A stretch of DNA of 62,845 bases, filler included, from Octopus bimaculoides (GCF_001194135.2; 5 parts of 5 records of this genome joined end to end with filler, not necessarily neighbours in it); one strand, 5' to 3'. Positions 12,529-26,068 are shown, numbered from the whole stretch's first letter. Numbers and translations are program-made. The notes: generated by a model from the letters alone, not told the origin.

Positions 12529-12574
12529 CAAGTCTGACATTATTCTCAGCCAGCCGTCTTTGTTTACTTTTTAG
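12529..12574 (-). CDS. Candidate 46-bp internal exon
   Basis: TAG|CTAAAAAGT...AGACTTG|GTAAAT; open as LKSKQRRLAENNVRL+G; phase-compatible with the candidates at 24014-24078 and 1767-1876. Acceptor is weak. Confidence 0.15.
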
Positions 12575-13220
12575 CTATCGACTTATAGAATAAAGCAATA
12601 TTTCGTTCTGTTACTGCTTCGTTTCAAGCACAAGATTACTGTAACTAACTATGATGAAACAATCAGTAATGTAGAATGTTGACAAAATTAATGGTGACAC
12701 AACAGCACTGCTATCTTTTACCACGTCACCCTTTTTTAATCAGGAATAGCAGACAGTTTTTATATGACTGGTGGCCATGGTGAACGAGACTGAAGGCGCT
12801 GAAGACAAACACTTTCTTTTTTGGTTAATCCCTCATCAATTGAAGAGGAAGATAAGGGTGAAGAAGGAAGGGTTGCCTCTTAACCATTTTATTGAAGGGT
12901 GGATGAGAGTGGCGAGCATGGTGCGAGTGAATGTTCCTGCCCCGAGTATACGCCTGTAAGTCGGAAATAAGGAACTGAGAAGAAGCACCTGCCCCAGAAA
13001 TCAGGACACCAGGGGTTTTATGGGGTTTTTCCATGAGTACCCCTCGAACGTTTCCTCCCTATTGAGAATTACACGTTGTTACAATTTTTTTTTATACGTT
13101 AAACCTGTTTACACGCAAAAACCTCACAACACAAACGCGTATTCACACACACAGACACACACACATTCAATGTTTTGTTCTGTGCCGTCTACATTGAGAT
13201 CAATAAAGAAATCATCATCA

Positions 13221-13264
<44 letters not shown>

Positions 13265-13489
13265 GAGTAAGAGAGCAGTGCATGCCAACAAAGTGACACA
13301 GGGATACAAATATACGAAGCCCATTATACCCATCATGACTACCCGTCTGATAAGGGTATACCAGGCACATGCATCACAACCATATGTGCGCGACATGGTG
13401 ATCTCATATCAAGATAAACAGCGCATGACCTCGCAGGTGGGGCCCAGTTAGAATCTTTTTCAGGTCGAGTAGCACATCCCACTTAAAAG

Positions 13490-13490
<1 letters not shown>
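13265..13490 (-). mobile_element. 555-bp (TAA)n-resident element, 5'-truncated copy (226 bp)
   Basis: Matches the 3' end of 33491-34045; (TTA)n on both sides (13224-13264 and 13491-13550). Confidence 0.92.
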
Positions 13491-13554
<64 letters not shown>

Positions 13555-13785
13555 TCAACAAATTAACTAACTGATCAATTAATTAATCGATTGCTTGAGT
13601 AATTATCTGTACAATCAAACAGTTAGTTTGACAGGGGCATTTCGTCTTTATTCATGACCTTATTATCACTGACACCCTTTTTTGCTCTTGGTCTGTTACG
13701 ATATATGCGAGCTGGATGATATACAGTCATATTAGTGCTTGTGTGTGTGTGTATGCGTGCGTGTGTGCGCGTGTGCGACACACAT

Positions 13786-13828
<43 letters not shown>

Positions 13829-13850
13829 TACACACATACATACAATTCTT

Positions 13851-14050
13851 TTCTTTTATTTCTTTATTTGTTTCAGTCATTTGACTACGGCCATGCTGGA
13901 GCATCGCCTTTAGTCCAACAGATCGTTGGACTTATTCTGTATAAGCCTAGTACTTTATTCTATCGGCCGAACCGCTACGTTACGGGGACGTAAACACACC
14001 AGCATCGGTTGTCAAGCGATGCTGGGGGGGGGACAAACAGGCATACAAAC
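13851..14050 (-). mobile_element. SINE family A, 3' half ending in (AT)n and a gap
   Basis: Direct match to the family A tail. Confidence 0.9.
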
Positions 14051-14064
14051 ATGTATATATATAT

Positions 14065-14106
<42 letters not shown>

Positions 14107-14618
14107 NNNNNNNNNNNNNNNNNNNNNNNNNNNNNNNNNNNNNNNNNNNNNNNNNNNNNNNNNNNNNNNNNNNNNNNNNNNNNNNNNNNNNNNNNNNNNN
14201 NNNNNNNNNNNNNNNNNNNNNNNNNNNNNNNNNNNNNNNNNNNNNNNNNNNNNNNNNNNNNNNNNNNNNNNNNNNNNNNNNNNNNNNNNNNNNNNNNNNN
14301 NNNNNNNNNNNNNNNNNNNNNNNNNNNNNNNNNNNNNNNNNNNNNNNNNNNNNNNNNNNNNNNNNNNNNNNNNNNNNNNNNNNNNNNNNNNNNNNNNNNN
14401 NNNNNNNNNNNNNNNNNNNNNNNNNNNNNNNNNNNNNNNNNNNNNNNNNNNNNNNNNNNNNNNNNNNNNNNNNNNNNNNNNNNNNNNNNNNNNNNNNNNN
14501 NNNNNNNNNNNNNNNNNNNNNNNNNNNNNNNNNNNNNNNNNNNNNNNNNNNNNNNNNNNNNNNNNNNNNNNNNNNNNNNNNNNNNNNNNNNNNNNNNNNN
14601 NNNNNNNNNNNNNNNNNN

Positions 14619-14671
<53 letters not shown>

Positions 14672-15440
14672 CATGTACGCATGTATGATAATATGTATGT
14701 ATGTATCTGAGTATTAGTATATATCAACAAGCATGACTTTTTAAAAATAATAATTTACAGCCCTACTTCACTTTTGGAGTTCAATGTTTATTGTTTTATT
14801 GTTTTACTACACAATTAAAATAACAACTATATTAACGTATGTACATATAATATACATTCACATATATCCGTGTTTATATGTAGTTCAACATTTTTTTTGT
14901 TTGCGCGTTTATGTGTGTGTGTAAACGTCTAAGCATAAATGTATGTATGTATGTATGTATCTGTACATGAAATATTTCAATATTGAAAGAGGCATGTCAC
15001 ATGTCTAAATCCACCGAAAGATGGCCATATAAGGAGCAATTTGAAAAGCAGTCGATTTTCGCTATGTGGCGTAGGTATGTAGGAGAAAGATAACGGAAAT
15101 TAGGAGCAGTGTATCGAGATAAGGTAGGTCTGGGCTGTATAAGTAATGTATTTAGAGAGAAAGATATGGTTTGTAAGTGGATCTCTTCTCCACAACCATG
15201 AAAGAACCAACACCGTCCAATAAAAGAAAGGATTATTCGTACTATTATTATTACTATTGTTATTATTGTTATTGTGGTTGCTGTTGGTGGTGTTCTTTTA
15301 TCTAGCTTCCGGCAAGAAACAATAAAAAAAATACTAAGGAAGACAAAACAAAACAAAACAAACTTTGTCATTTCCCGCAGTAATTTTTAAGCCTTCCCCC
15401 ATCCTAGCAAATTTCATGGGATCGCTCATACATACATACA

Positions 15441-15471
<31 letters not shown>

Positions 15472-16208
15472 TTAGTTAGTGCTTCTCTCACTCTATCAGT
15501 AAGTGTGTGCGTGTGAGTGAGTGTCAATATGCGTGTGTGCTTGCAGCTCATGTGCGTTAGTAAATCTTTCTGTATGATTGTATATCTATGTATATGTATA
15601 TTCCTATATTTACGTACGTACTTATACCAACATAGAATATGTTGGTATACGTATGACTATATATCTATGTATCTGTATGTTGGTATACGTACGTACGTAC
15701 GTACGTACATACGTATGTATGTATGTATGTATGTATGTATGTATGTATGTATGTATGTATGTATGTATGCATGGATAGATGGATGGATGGTTGGATGGAT
15801 GGATGGATGGATGGTTTACTAGATGGATAGTTAAATGGTTGGGTGGGTGGATTGATGGATTGATAGCTGTATGTGTAGTGTTGTACAAGTGTGTGCATTT
15901 AATGAATCTAACTCCCAGGATGAAGGTGTATATGTGTTAATATGACTGTGTATGTATATATATGTATGTGTACGGCATTAATAATCCCTGAGAAAGGCAG
16001 AAATGTCTTCAATCTACTTTATAATACACTAAAATTATTAGATAATCTATAATAGATGATTCACTCGCATACACGTATGCATTTGTAAAGGAATGTAGTC
16101 AACACACGCACACACACGCACACGCCCACATACCCACGCATACATATATGTATATGAAAGCATGTATATACAAGCGCGCACGCACACACATACATACACA
16201 CATATATT

Positions 16209-16601
16209 GTGTGCTAAGTAACTTGCTTACCAACCACATGGTTGTGAGTTCAGTCCCGCTGCGCGGCACCTTGGGCAAATGACTTCTACAATAGCCTCGG
16301 GCCGACCAAGCCTTGTGAGTGGATTTGGTAGACGGAGACTGAAAGAATCCCGTCGTATATATATATATATATAAATATATATGTGTGTATGTGTGTGTGT
16401 ACATGTTTGTGCGTGTGTGTGTTTATCCCCCAACATCGCTTGACAACCGATGCTGGCGTGTTTACACCCCAGTAACTTAGCGTTTCGGCAAAAGACACTG
16501 ATATAATAAGTACAAGGCTTACAAAGAATAAGTCCTGGGTTCGATTTGCTCGACTAAAGGCGGTGCTCTAGCATGGCTGCAGTCAAATGACTGAAAAGAA
16601 T
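16209..16601 (+). mobile_element. SINE family A, near full length with internal (AT)n/(GT)n
   Basis: Colinear with 34721-35136. Confidence 0.92.
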
Positions 16602-16633
16602 ATATATATATTTGTGTGTGCGTGTGTATACAC

Positions 16634-16678
<45 letters not shown>

Positions 16679-16956
16679 CATACATACATACATACATACA
16701 TACAGACTGACAGAAAGACAGACAGACAGACATACATACATACATACATACTTACATACATACATACATACATTTGATGCCACACAGCCAGACATATTTG
16801 TAAATATATACACATACACATGTATAGAAATTTCATATGTATTTATGCATACATGTATGTATTAGCCTAGCCTAGGGCGGCTTTTAAGTTGGCTCCTGTG
16901 GAGGGCTCCTCATTAGGCCGTGAGTCCAGTAATGACACTTCATACATTGAGTACAT

Positions 16957-17253
16957 TACTCTTTTACTTGTTTCAGTCTGTGGCCATGCTGGAGTACCGC
17001 CTTTAGTCGACCCCAGGGCTTATTCTTTGTAAGCCTAGTACTTATTATATCGGCCTGTCTTGTCGAACCGCTAAGTTACGGGGACATAAGCACACCAGCG
17101 TCGGTTGTCAAGCAATGCTAGGGGGACAAACACACACATATATATATACATATATACGACGGGCTTCTTTCAGTCTCCGTCTACCAAATCCACTCACAAG
17201 GCTTTGGTCGGCCCGAGGCTATCGTAGAAGACACTTGCCCAAGATGCCACGCA
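16957..17253 (-). mobile_element. SINE family A, 5'-clipped copy with a short internal microsatellite
   Basis: Tail, (AC)/(AT) spacer and head through GCCCAAGATGCCACGCA. Confidence 0.9.
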
Positions 17254-17609
17254 ATATTTTCAAGTAATGAACAATTTTCACCAAAACAATGATATATGTC
17301 GATTGGAACTTATTGCAAAGCTGCATGATATACAACATTTTTTGTCTTCCCATTCGGATGTCAGTGCAATTTCGTTTTTTCTGTCTAACCTCTTTCTTTC
17401 TCTTTCTCTTTCTGTTGAATTGTTTTCAACCATCGCCATCACCAGTACCACCGCCACCGCCATCACAACTGCTATACACACCATTCAGACTTCTGACGCC
17501 ACCAACATCAACACTTATGATTTCGCCGCCTTCCCCTCTACTACCATCACCACTGTCTTTCACATCACCGTCATGCTTGACAGCCTATGTACGTACATCT
17601 ATCTATCTA

Positions 17610-17668
<59 letters not shown>

Positions 17669-17909
17669 GAATGTTTCTCTCTCTCTCTCTCTGTATATAT
17701 ATATATANNNNNNNNNNNNNNNNNNNNNNNNNNNNNNNNNNNNNNNNNNNNNNNNNNNNNNNNNNNNNNNNNNNNNNNNNNNNNNNNNNNNNNNNNNNNN
17801 NNNNNNNNNNNNNNNNNNNNNNNNNNNNNNNNNNNNNNNNNNNNNNNNNNNNNNNNNNNNNNNNNNNNNNNNNNNNNNNNNNNNNNNNNNNNNNNNTATA
17901 TATATAAAC

Positions 17910-17947
<38 letters not shown>

Positions 17948-18924
17948 ATATATAGATTATATGTGTGTGTGTTTGAGTGTGCGTGTGTATGTATGTGTGT
18001 TTGTGTGTTTATGTGTGTTTGGGTATGTGGGTGCATGTGTATGCATAAATATTTGGATTTGATCTATGTATACATCTATGTATTTGTGCGTGTATGTATA
18101 TGTTTGTGTGTGTGTGTGTGTGTGTCTGCGCGCATGTGTGTGCATTTGTGTGCCCTATAGTATTTATTTATTGACAATAAGCCATTGCATACGTAGCTCT
18201 GCATTGAGCCCCTAGACCTATGAGGACACCGGACAACTGACCAAGTACTGTGTGTGTGTATATGTGCGTACATGTATATGTGTATATGTGTCTGTGTGTC
18301 TATTATCTATGCATGTCTGTGAGCAGGAGTGTGTGTGTGTGTGTGCACATTTAGAGTGAGCTTATGTGTCAGATCGTATGCATGTTTTATATCTAAAATG
18401 CATGTCAATACATGGTTTAAAAATAGAGAAAAAAATCTCAAGGTGATGGATAAAGAATACACAGAGAAAACAAGACGGAGGGATTAAAATACCTCAGAGC
18501 TTGCCAGTTAGCTAAATAATGAGTTTGATAGATGAAAAGCGAATAGAGAGCTTTAAATACACGGAAAAGTTGTTGAGTTTGATACGCAGAGAGCGAGCGG
18601 GTAGACAACTTGCAACTAGAGAAGTTGGTGTTTATGACGTCAATGGAGAACTAGAAACGGGGAGGAAGAATTCATGAGATATCGCAACTAGAAACCTGAC
18701 AGTATAGAGGTGGAAACTAGATGAGATTATGAAAAGGTCAATACATATGGATTCATAAAAAGTAAGGTGAGTGTGATTTATGGGGATGGTTGAGCGTTTG
18801 TGACAGAGCTGGAACGTAAAACAGATAAATGAGAGATTTTAAGAGATACAAAGTATAGAGAGGTTGGAAAGCAGCCATGCTAGCCGTGCTAACATGACGA
18901 AGGTCATGTTCAACAGGCACGCCA

Positions 18925-19530
18925 GACCAGCATCCGTTTCCGTAAACGGCAAAACCATAGAAGAGTAAGATAATTATGTTTACCTTGGAAAGATGGTGGC
19001 GAAAGTCGGAAATCTCCTCCCGAAAGTCAAGAGAATAATACTTGGTTGGGCGGCCTTTGGGAAAATGGAAAACTTCATGAGAAGTCACAAGGCTTCCATG
19101 AAAATTAGAAGAAAGATCTTTAACGAATACATCCCGCCAGTGATGATTTACGACAGTGAAACATGGGCTCTCAACACTATCATCATGAACGCCTTCGTTG
19201 TAGTCCAACGGAAAATAGAACGAATCCTGCTCGGCACCACACTGCGGAACAAGAAAACCAACGCCTAGATTCGACAGCGCACGAGAGTCAACAACATCAT
19301 AAGCACGATCACGAAGAACAAATATAGATGCGTTGGCCACATCGCACGACTGAAGGACAACAAATGGACAGTCAGGGTGACTGGCCATCTGTTGTCCAGA
19401 AGACAACGGACACGATCAAGAGGGCGACCAAAGACAAGATGGAGAGATAATTTCACCTGCTACCTGGGACTTACATAGCCACGACTGGCCAAAGATAGAC
19501 AGCGATTGAAAGAGTCCAGGGAGTGATGAA
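18925..19530 (+). mobile_element. RTE-clade LINE, 3' RT/thumb fragment (pseudogene)
   Basis: YVYLGK...ILGWAAFGK...RKIFNEYIPPVMIYDSETWAL...GHIARLKDNKWT...RSRGRPKTRWRD. Confidence 0.88.
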
Positions 19531-19569
19531 ACATTGGCTGAAGTTGAGGTTGAGAGTGCTTTGGTCAAG

Positions 19570-19860
19570 GGAAAAAGTAGAAATCTTGAAATATAGAAAG
19601 GGAGTGAAGAGTTTCAAATTTACAAGGGATTTGAGAAACATAGACACTGAAAATAAATTGAAACTTAGTCATTCTTCAGAAAATAACAGACGAAGGTAAA
19701 ACATAAGAAGAATGTCGAGAATGTCATACATGGGTATGATTATAATTCTCGAAACATGAGGAGAAGGTTGAGAGCTTGCAATATGGTGAAGCGAAAGAGT
19801 GTTTGATAACTGAACTAAGTGTAGATGCATGGAGCCCAGAGAGAAACATTGGGGCAAAAA
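19570..19860 (-). mobile_element. Possible CR1/L2-like APE endonuclease relic
   Basis: HLVQLSNTL...HVSRII...DILDILL loosely resembles the QLV..PTR...LDL motif; heavily degraded. Confidence 0.3.
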
Positions 19861-20189
19861 GTAGCAAGGTAAGGTATGAAAAGGTATTACATTAAAAATA
19901 TAGACTATTTATTGTAACGCATTGAAGAGGAAAAGTCCATAACTTTACCTCTGCTTACCAAGTTATACTATTTAAATACATATATCTGCTAATTTTCTTT
20001 TACATTTCAAATTTATACACACACAGAGACTATGTATGTATGTATGTATGTATGTATGTATGATTTTTCTTTGAGTTTAATTTAAGTTCTTAAGAGTGTT
20101 CAAGCCAGTTACTAACAAAACGACAAAACGTTTTGAGTTAAGGGATTTCCCGGTGTTTGTAAATATGTGATTGAGTTGCTGTGTTGGTT

Positions 20190-20640
20190 GCACTGTCGAT
20201 GCATACACCCAAGTGTGTGCATTCATTCACCTAAAGAATCTCAGGTGGAGAATTTTAGGAATCTCTTACAAATCTTCACTGTGCCGTATGTATGTATGTA
20301 TGTATGTATGTATGTATGTATGTATGTATGTACGTATGTATGTGCCTCAGTAAAGCTGGGCTTATGAGTCATCTTCGTAGTCATAAAGCAAGACCGATGA
20401 TTGACTACCAGGCCGCTGGTGATGATGCTACACACCATACTAATCATGTCTGTCGAGCATGTGGAAGGGAGTGTGATTCAGCAGGAGGACTTGAACGACA
20501 CGCAAAGGTACATGGAGCCCAATTACAACAACAGCCAGCTATTGCCAGTAAAGGTTTTGGATGCCAATTCTGTGCAAGACATTGTAGATCTTTGGCTGGG
20601 CTAAAAAGTCACGTTACTCTGCGATCATTTCGACACCTGA
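20190..20640 (+). mobile_element. RTE (BovB-like) 3' relic with three C2H2 zinc fingers, split by (ATGT)n
   Basis: FIHLKNLRWRILGISY before the repeat; after it CLSKAGLMSHLRSH, CRACGRECDSAGGLERHAKVH and CQFCARHCRSLAGLKSH. Confidence 0.7.
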
Positions 20641-20769
20641 TGCGTGATACACTTGTGCACTTGTACAAGCAATATCAATTTGATCGAGGGAGTGAGTTAA
20701 GGTACAGCACATACATTTGATCACTATAAACAAGTAATTTATGTAAGTCGTTCAGCAAAAACTGAACAC

Positions 20770-20900
20770 TCATACGTTGTCTACGACGGGAGATCTGTCT
20801 CCTCGATGTATGTGTGATGGTCGAAGTCAGTGTGATAGTTCGATACTCAGCAGAGTCAGAGGTATTGCCCTTCTTGACAACAGGACATGCTCCAGCGTTT
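20770..20900 (-). mobile_element. Non-LTR RT N-terminal fragment (CR1/L2/Jockey type)
   Basis: ACPVVKKGNTSDSAEYRTITLTS resembles V.PV.KKG..SDP.NYRPI.LTS. Confidence 0.55.
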
Positions 20901-20924
20901 TTCTCACAGAATACGACATATCCA

Positions 20925-21122
20925 GAGAGAGAGGGAGGAAGAGGGAGAGAGGAAGAGATGGGAGCGGGAGAGAAGGGAGAGAGATACAGAGAGAGAGGGA
21001 GAAAGAGGGTAGAGGGAGAGAAGAAGAGAATGAGAGGAGTGGGGGAGAGACCGAGAGAGAGAAAGAGAGAGAGAGGGAGAGAAATAGAGAGGGAGAAAGA
21101 AAGAGAGAGAGAGAGAGAGAGG

Positions 21123-21198
<76 letters not shown>
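20925..21198. repeat. ~270-bp purine-rich (GA)n tract
   Basis: Read directly. Confidence 0.97.
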
Positions 21199-21202
<4 letters not shown>

Positions 21203-21342
21203 ATCGAAAAAAAGAACAGATTAGTTTCATAGAGGTCGCGTATATATAGAGGGGATAGGGTAGTATTGATTACTAAGAGAAAAAGAGAAAGTTAAGAATG
21301 GAGATGTTTTCTACGGTAATCATGTAAATAATATGAAATACA

Positions 21343-21723
21343 GTGGAGACGCAATGGCCCAGTGGTTAGGGCAGCGGACTCGCGGTCATAGGATCGCGGT
21401 CTCGATTCTCAGACCGGGCGTTGTGAGTGTTTATCAAGCGAAAACACCTAAAGCACCACGAGGCTCCGGCAGGGGATGGTGGCGAACCCTGCTGTACTCT
21501 TTCACCACAACTTTCTCTCACTCTTACTTCCTGTTTCTGTTGTGCCTGTAATTCAAAGGGTCAGCCTTGTCACATTGTGTCACGCTGAATATCCCCGAGA
21601 ACTACGTTAAGGGGTACACGTGTCTGTGGAGTGCTCAGCACGTTAATTTCACGAGCAGGCTGTTCGGTTGATGGGATCAACTGGAACCCTCGACGTCGTA
21701 AGCAACGGAGTGCCAACAACAAC
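21343..21723 (+). mobile_element. SINE family B, full length
   Basis: Colinear with 6835-7222 and 28325-28708; small internal deletion; no clean TSD. Confidence 0.92.
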
Positions 21724-21761
21724 ATACATGTATGTGCATGTATGCGTGTATATGTATGTGT

Positions 21762-21798
<37 letters not shown>

Positions 21799-21825
21799 GA
21801 TATAAATCGAGATTTATATACATAA

Positions 21826-22050
21826 ATGATGGACTCTCCCGTCGATTCCGACGTATGAGGCTCCGACAACGTACTCTTTCTTGGTCGGCTATAATGCTTA
21901 TGTCGAATGTGACATTTAAGTCCTGCCAACGATTTGCAAAGAAGGCCAGAGATGTTACAAGTATGAGGATTACAGGTGGTATTTTTGCAGCCACCTTTCT
22001 CCTTTACCTTGCACCCCGAATCCTGTAAATACTGGTTGCAACAAAGCTTT
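21826..22050 (-). mobile_element. RTE 3' terminus with degenerate C2H2 finger and terminal stem-loop
   Basis: HTCNISGLLCKSLAGLKCHIRHKH; ends CGTCG-GAAT-CGACG-GGAGAGTCCATCAT. Confidence 0.7.
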
Positions 22051-22089
22051 TAATACCATTTTGACACAACCATCTCCTTATGTAAGGGT

Positions 22090-22137
<48 letters not shown>

Positions 22138-22237
22138 NNNNNNNNNNNNNNNNNNNNNNNNNNNNNNNNNNNNNNNNNNNNTTAATTAATTAANNNNNNN
22201 NNNNNNNNNNNNNNNNNNNNNNNNNNNNNNNNNNNNN

Positions 22238-22278
<41 letters not shown>

Positions 22279-24013
22279 GTATATGTATATGTATATATGT
22301 ATGTATATATATATATATATATATATAAGTATATATATGTAATATAATATATATATATGCATAAATATGTTTATACGCGCGCGCGCACTCACACACACAC
22401 ACACACACACGTAGACACACCCGCGCGCACTCGCGCGCGCGCACGTATATGATATTGAATACTGAATGAGAAACGAAGACAGATCTCAATGAAAAGCAAA
22501 TTTAGACGGAGTATCTGAATACTATCCCGTACTATAGGATTAGATTTTCACTTGTCATTTTGGAAAAATTTGGTTTAATAATTACCTGTTTTTATTTAAA
22601 CACAAGAGAAGATTACGGAGAAGTCCGTAGCATAGGAAAAGAGGAATATAAAGCCAAATCTCGTAGATAGAGAGATAGAGGGAGTTGCTCTGGCGGTATA
22701 GCATTCTATTATATTAATTTGGTTGTTATGTGGTAAGCAGGCATTTTAAATGCAGCAAAACAGTAATTCCTTCTTCATATAATATATTGATAACGTGATT
22801 GTTTGAAGTGCCACTCTATCGTCTGCTCAAAGGAAAGATTTGGCTGCTATTTCTTGCACATCCAGCTTAAACTCAGATGGATTCTTCGCGATGAGAATGG
22901 TAACTGACAGTGTGAACCCTGAAGGGTCTAATAAAAAATTTAGAAATGTACTTCACCTTAATGTTGACTTTAGACGTCTTATTCACGAAGAGTTCGGAGA
23001 TTAATAGATATCAAGCAAAAGTGAGACGATTCTAAAACATTGGCGTAGCTTTAAAAAGCTATCGTCTGCTCACAATTCGTAAAATAAGACTTCGGTTATT
23101 TCCGGTTGATTTCGCTTGTAAGCGTTTTTTGTCAAATACCTGTGTGTGGAGGGCCTGTGCGCGCGTGTGTGTTTGTGCCGTGTGCGCACGCGTGTGAGTG
23201 TATGAGAGAGAGAAAGGATAACACATACATATGTATATATATATATATATATGCGAGTAAAAATAAATACAAAAAAAGGTGGATTTTTTTGTATGATTGT
23301 GTATAGAGGAATATATTATTTTGCTTATATATATATATATATNNNNNNNNNNTTGTGCCGTGTGCGCACGCGTGTGAGTGTATGAGAGAGAGAAAGGATA
23401 ACACATACATATGTATATATATATATATATATGCATATATATAGACGTGTATATATATACATACACATACACGCACATATATAGAGCTATTCGTCTTCAC
23501 ACCACATAAACACACTCACATTTACATACACGCGCAAGCACTCCCTTTTCAGTTCAAACGCCATGGTGACATGATCAAGTAAAACGCTTATCAGTCGAGA
23601 AGGTTTACTGGAACACTAAAATCTTTGCAGGGCTAGTTGAGGGAGGAGGAGGAGGGTGTAGTGACTATAGCTGACTACCACGTACTGATAAACTGACACG
23701 TCACTCTTACCAAATCAATTTTAATAATTATGGATTCAGAAATTTAGCGTCACCAGATCTGAAAGGAGACCAATGAGCAGAAAATTACAATCACACACCA
23801 TTACTTGAAATGTTAAAAGCTCTAAAACGTTCCAAAAGTTTAGCTTAGTGTATGAGAAAAATTGAGGAGCGTATGTACATGTCTACATCAACACGCAATA
23901 TCTGGAACACGCACACACACATACACACCTGCGTGTTCTAATATGCATAGGTATGCTTAAACATACATATATACTTACATGCAAACATACGTAGATATTT
24001 TCATGAATGATAC

Positions 24014-24078
24014 CGAGCTGTGGTGTTTAAATTCGACGAATTGGATTTTCTCCTGGACCGAAGACAAACGCTTTTTCT
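24014..24078 (-). CDS. Candidate 65-bp internal exon
   Basis: TTTTTCCCCAG|AGAAAAAGCG...CACAGCTCG|GTATCA; open as KKRLSSVQEKIQFVEFKHHSS. No homology recognised. Confidence 0.2.
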
Positions 24079-24941
24079 CTGGGGAAAAACTTTACAAAAA
24101 TTAATTCACACAAACGATACATACACACATACATACATACATACATACATACATACAGGTATACATACATATAGGCAGACAGATAGACAGACAGACGGTC
24201 ATGCGTACATATACGATATTGCTTCAATAATTTTCTATGCCTTTAACTAGAAACTCTTACTCGTCTACACAAATGTATTGTTACTACACTAGAGTAATTT
24301 GTCTGGCAGAAGTGAATTTCGCACTTCTCTTTATTTTAAAAGTTATGCAATTTCTTTGATAATTCCATATGAATACAAAACCGATCATTTCTTTTCTCTG
24401 AAAAGAGAGAATAAAAGAAAGAAGAAAAAAAGACAAAGAAACGATATCAGCCCAATAACGATAATCTTATCACTATTTTACCAGACTTTCGATATTTAGC
24501 CAGTGATTACATTTGATTGACTTGACATTTCGCTTTCCCATATTTTGTCTTCTTTCATGCTAGCATTATTCTTTCTTGAAGTAGATTACTAGAGAATTTT
24601 TTCTGGGCAATTAAGTAACTCTTTGATGGAGGTATTCTTTTCAGGTGTAGTTTTATTATTCTATTTTTTCATTATATATTTTCTTGAAATTTTTCAAAGC
24701 GTCTATTCTGTTAGACATTTTTGTGTATGTGTCTAGTTTTTGTACCTACCTACCTATCTGTCGAAAATCTTTCGACCAACTTTTCTACCCAACTGTAAAA
24801 CTACACACATACACATATACACATTCACGCATACACACACTCATACACAAGCACACGCACACACATATAGTGTGCCTTTATACTTGCATACATATATGTA
24901 TGCATGTATATATGCGCATATATGTGTATTTATATCTATTG

Positions 24942-25031
<90 letters not shown>

Positions 25032-25504
25032 ATATATATGCTTCTATAACATATATGCATAAATACTTTCACCCTCAAATGATGCAGACAACGAGATTTA
25101 TCTAAACTGTATCATCTTTCGAAGATTTCAAGAGACAGTTCATTCACTGTGAGACATCATGTGTTACATTTGCGTGGGTACGACTGAGTCCACCTGAATC
25201 CTGCGCTCAGTAAGGACAAGCAGATGTTAAAGAGAGTTTATTCGCTCGTGTGGTTGTAATAGAAAATATCCTTCATCAGTCGATAAAAGAATGTTGCTGG
25301 AAAACGCTAGGGATGTACTTGAATGGTTTTAAACATAATTGTCTTAGACTCCTCTTAGAGATACACTTGCATTGTCTCTGTCTAACAATCTAACAACTAG
25401 AACAAGTAAAACTAAATTTCAGCATTTCCCATTCACGCTAGTTTAGAGCAAGCGTTTAATTTCAGAGAATTAGTTTAATCTATCTCCTTCTCTCTCACCA
25501 TATG

Positions 25505-25579
<75 letters not shown>

Positions 25580-25643
25580 CTACACACACACATATATATA
25601 TATACATATATCTATACATATGGGCAAAAATTAACAAGGATTC

Positions 25644-25925
25644 CAGGTATCAATGTATTACGGCCGTTTCAAGCGGCTCCATTTAATCGATCAACGAAAA
25701 CATTATATTTGTGCCACAAATATAACATGAGGAAACAATGTGATTATTTTGGGTCCTAGTACTGATATAAATTTGATATAAATGCTAAAAATGGCTTAAA
25801 CTTTATGTTGGAAATCTATATGTCCATCTGCATATAAGGAGAACGGTTTTTTTCAAATTGATATAATGTTTTCATTGATCGATTAAATGTAGCCGCTTGA
25901 AACGGCCGTAATACATTGATACCTG
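25644..25925. mobile_element. 282-bp MITE-like element with 65-bp terminal inverted repeats
   Basis: 25644-25708 matches the reverse complement of 25861-25925 at 63/65 positions; TSD unresolved. Confidence 0.8.
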
Positions 25926-26068
25926 AATATCCTCATTACTTATTTGCATTTTGATCACCTAACTTTGAGTTGTTCGGACTATGCCGAACTGGCTTGGTGC
26001 CTCGAATTTAAGTACCTAATTCAACCGAACCTTAATTATATTTTATACACATACATACACATACATAC

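Noticed and set aside
17400-17580. Thr/Pro-rich mucin-like ORF segment
   Set aside because: Degenerate (CAC/CAT)n low-complexity DNA without convincing splice or codon evidence.
21677-21994. ORF MAAKIPP...WQDLNVTFDISII, superficially receptor-like
   Set aside because: Alternative frame of the RTE zinc-finger relic at 21826-22050.
25255-25285. CTGATGA-AGGA-TATT-TTCT on the minus strand
   Set aside because: Stem II is possible, but GAAA and stem I are missing.
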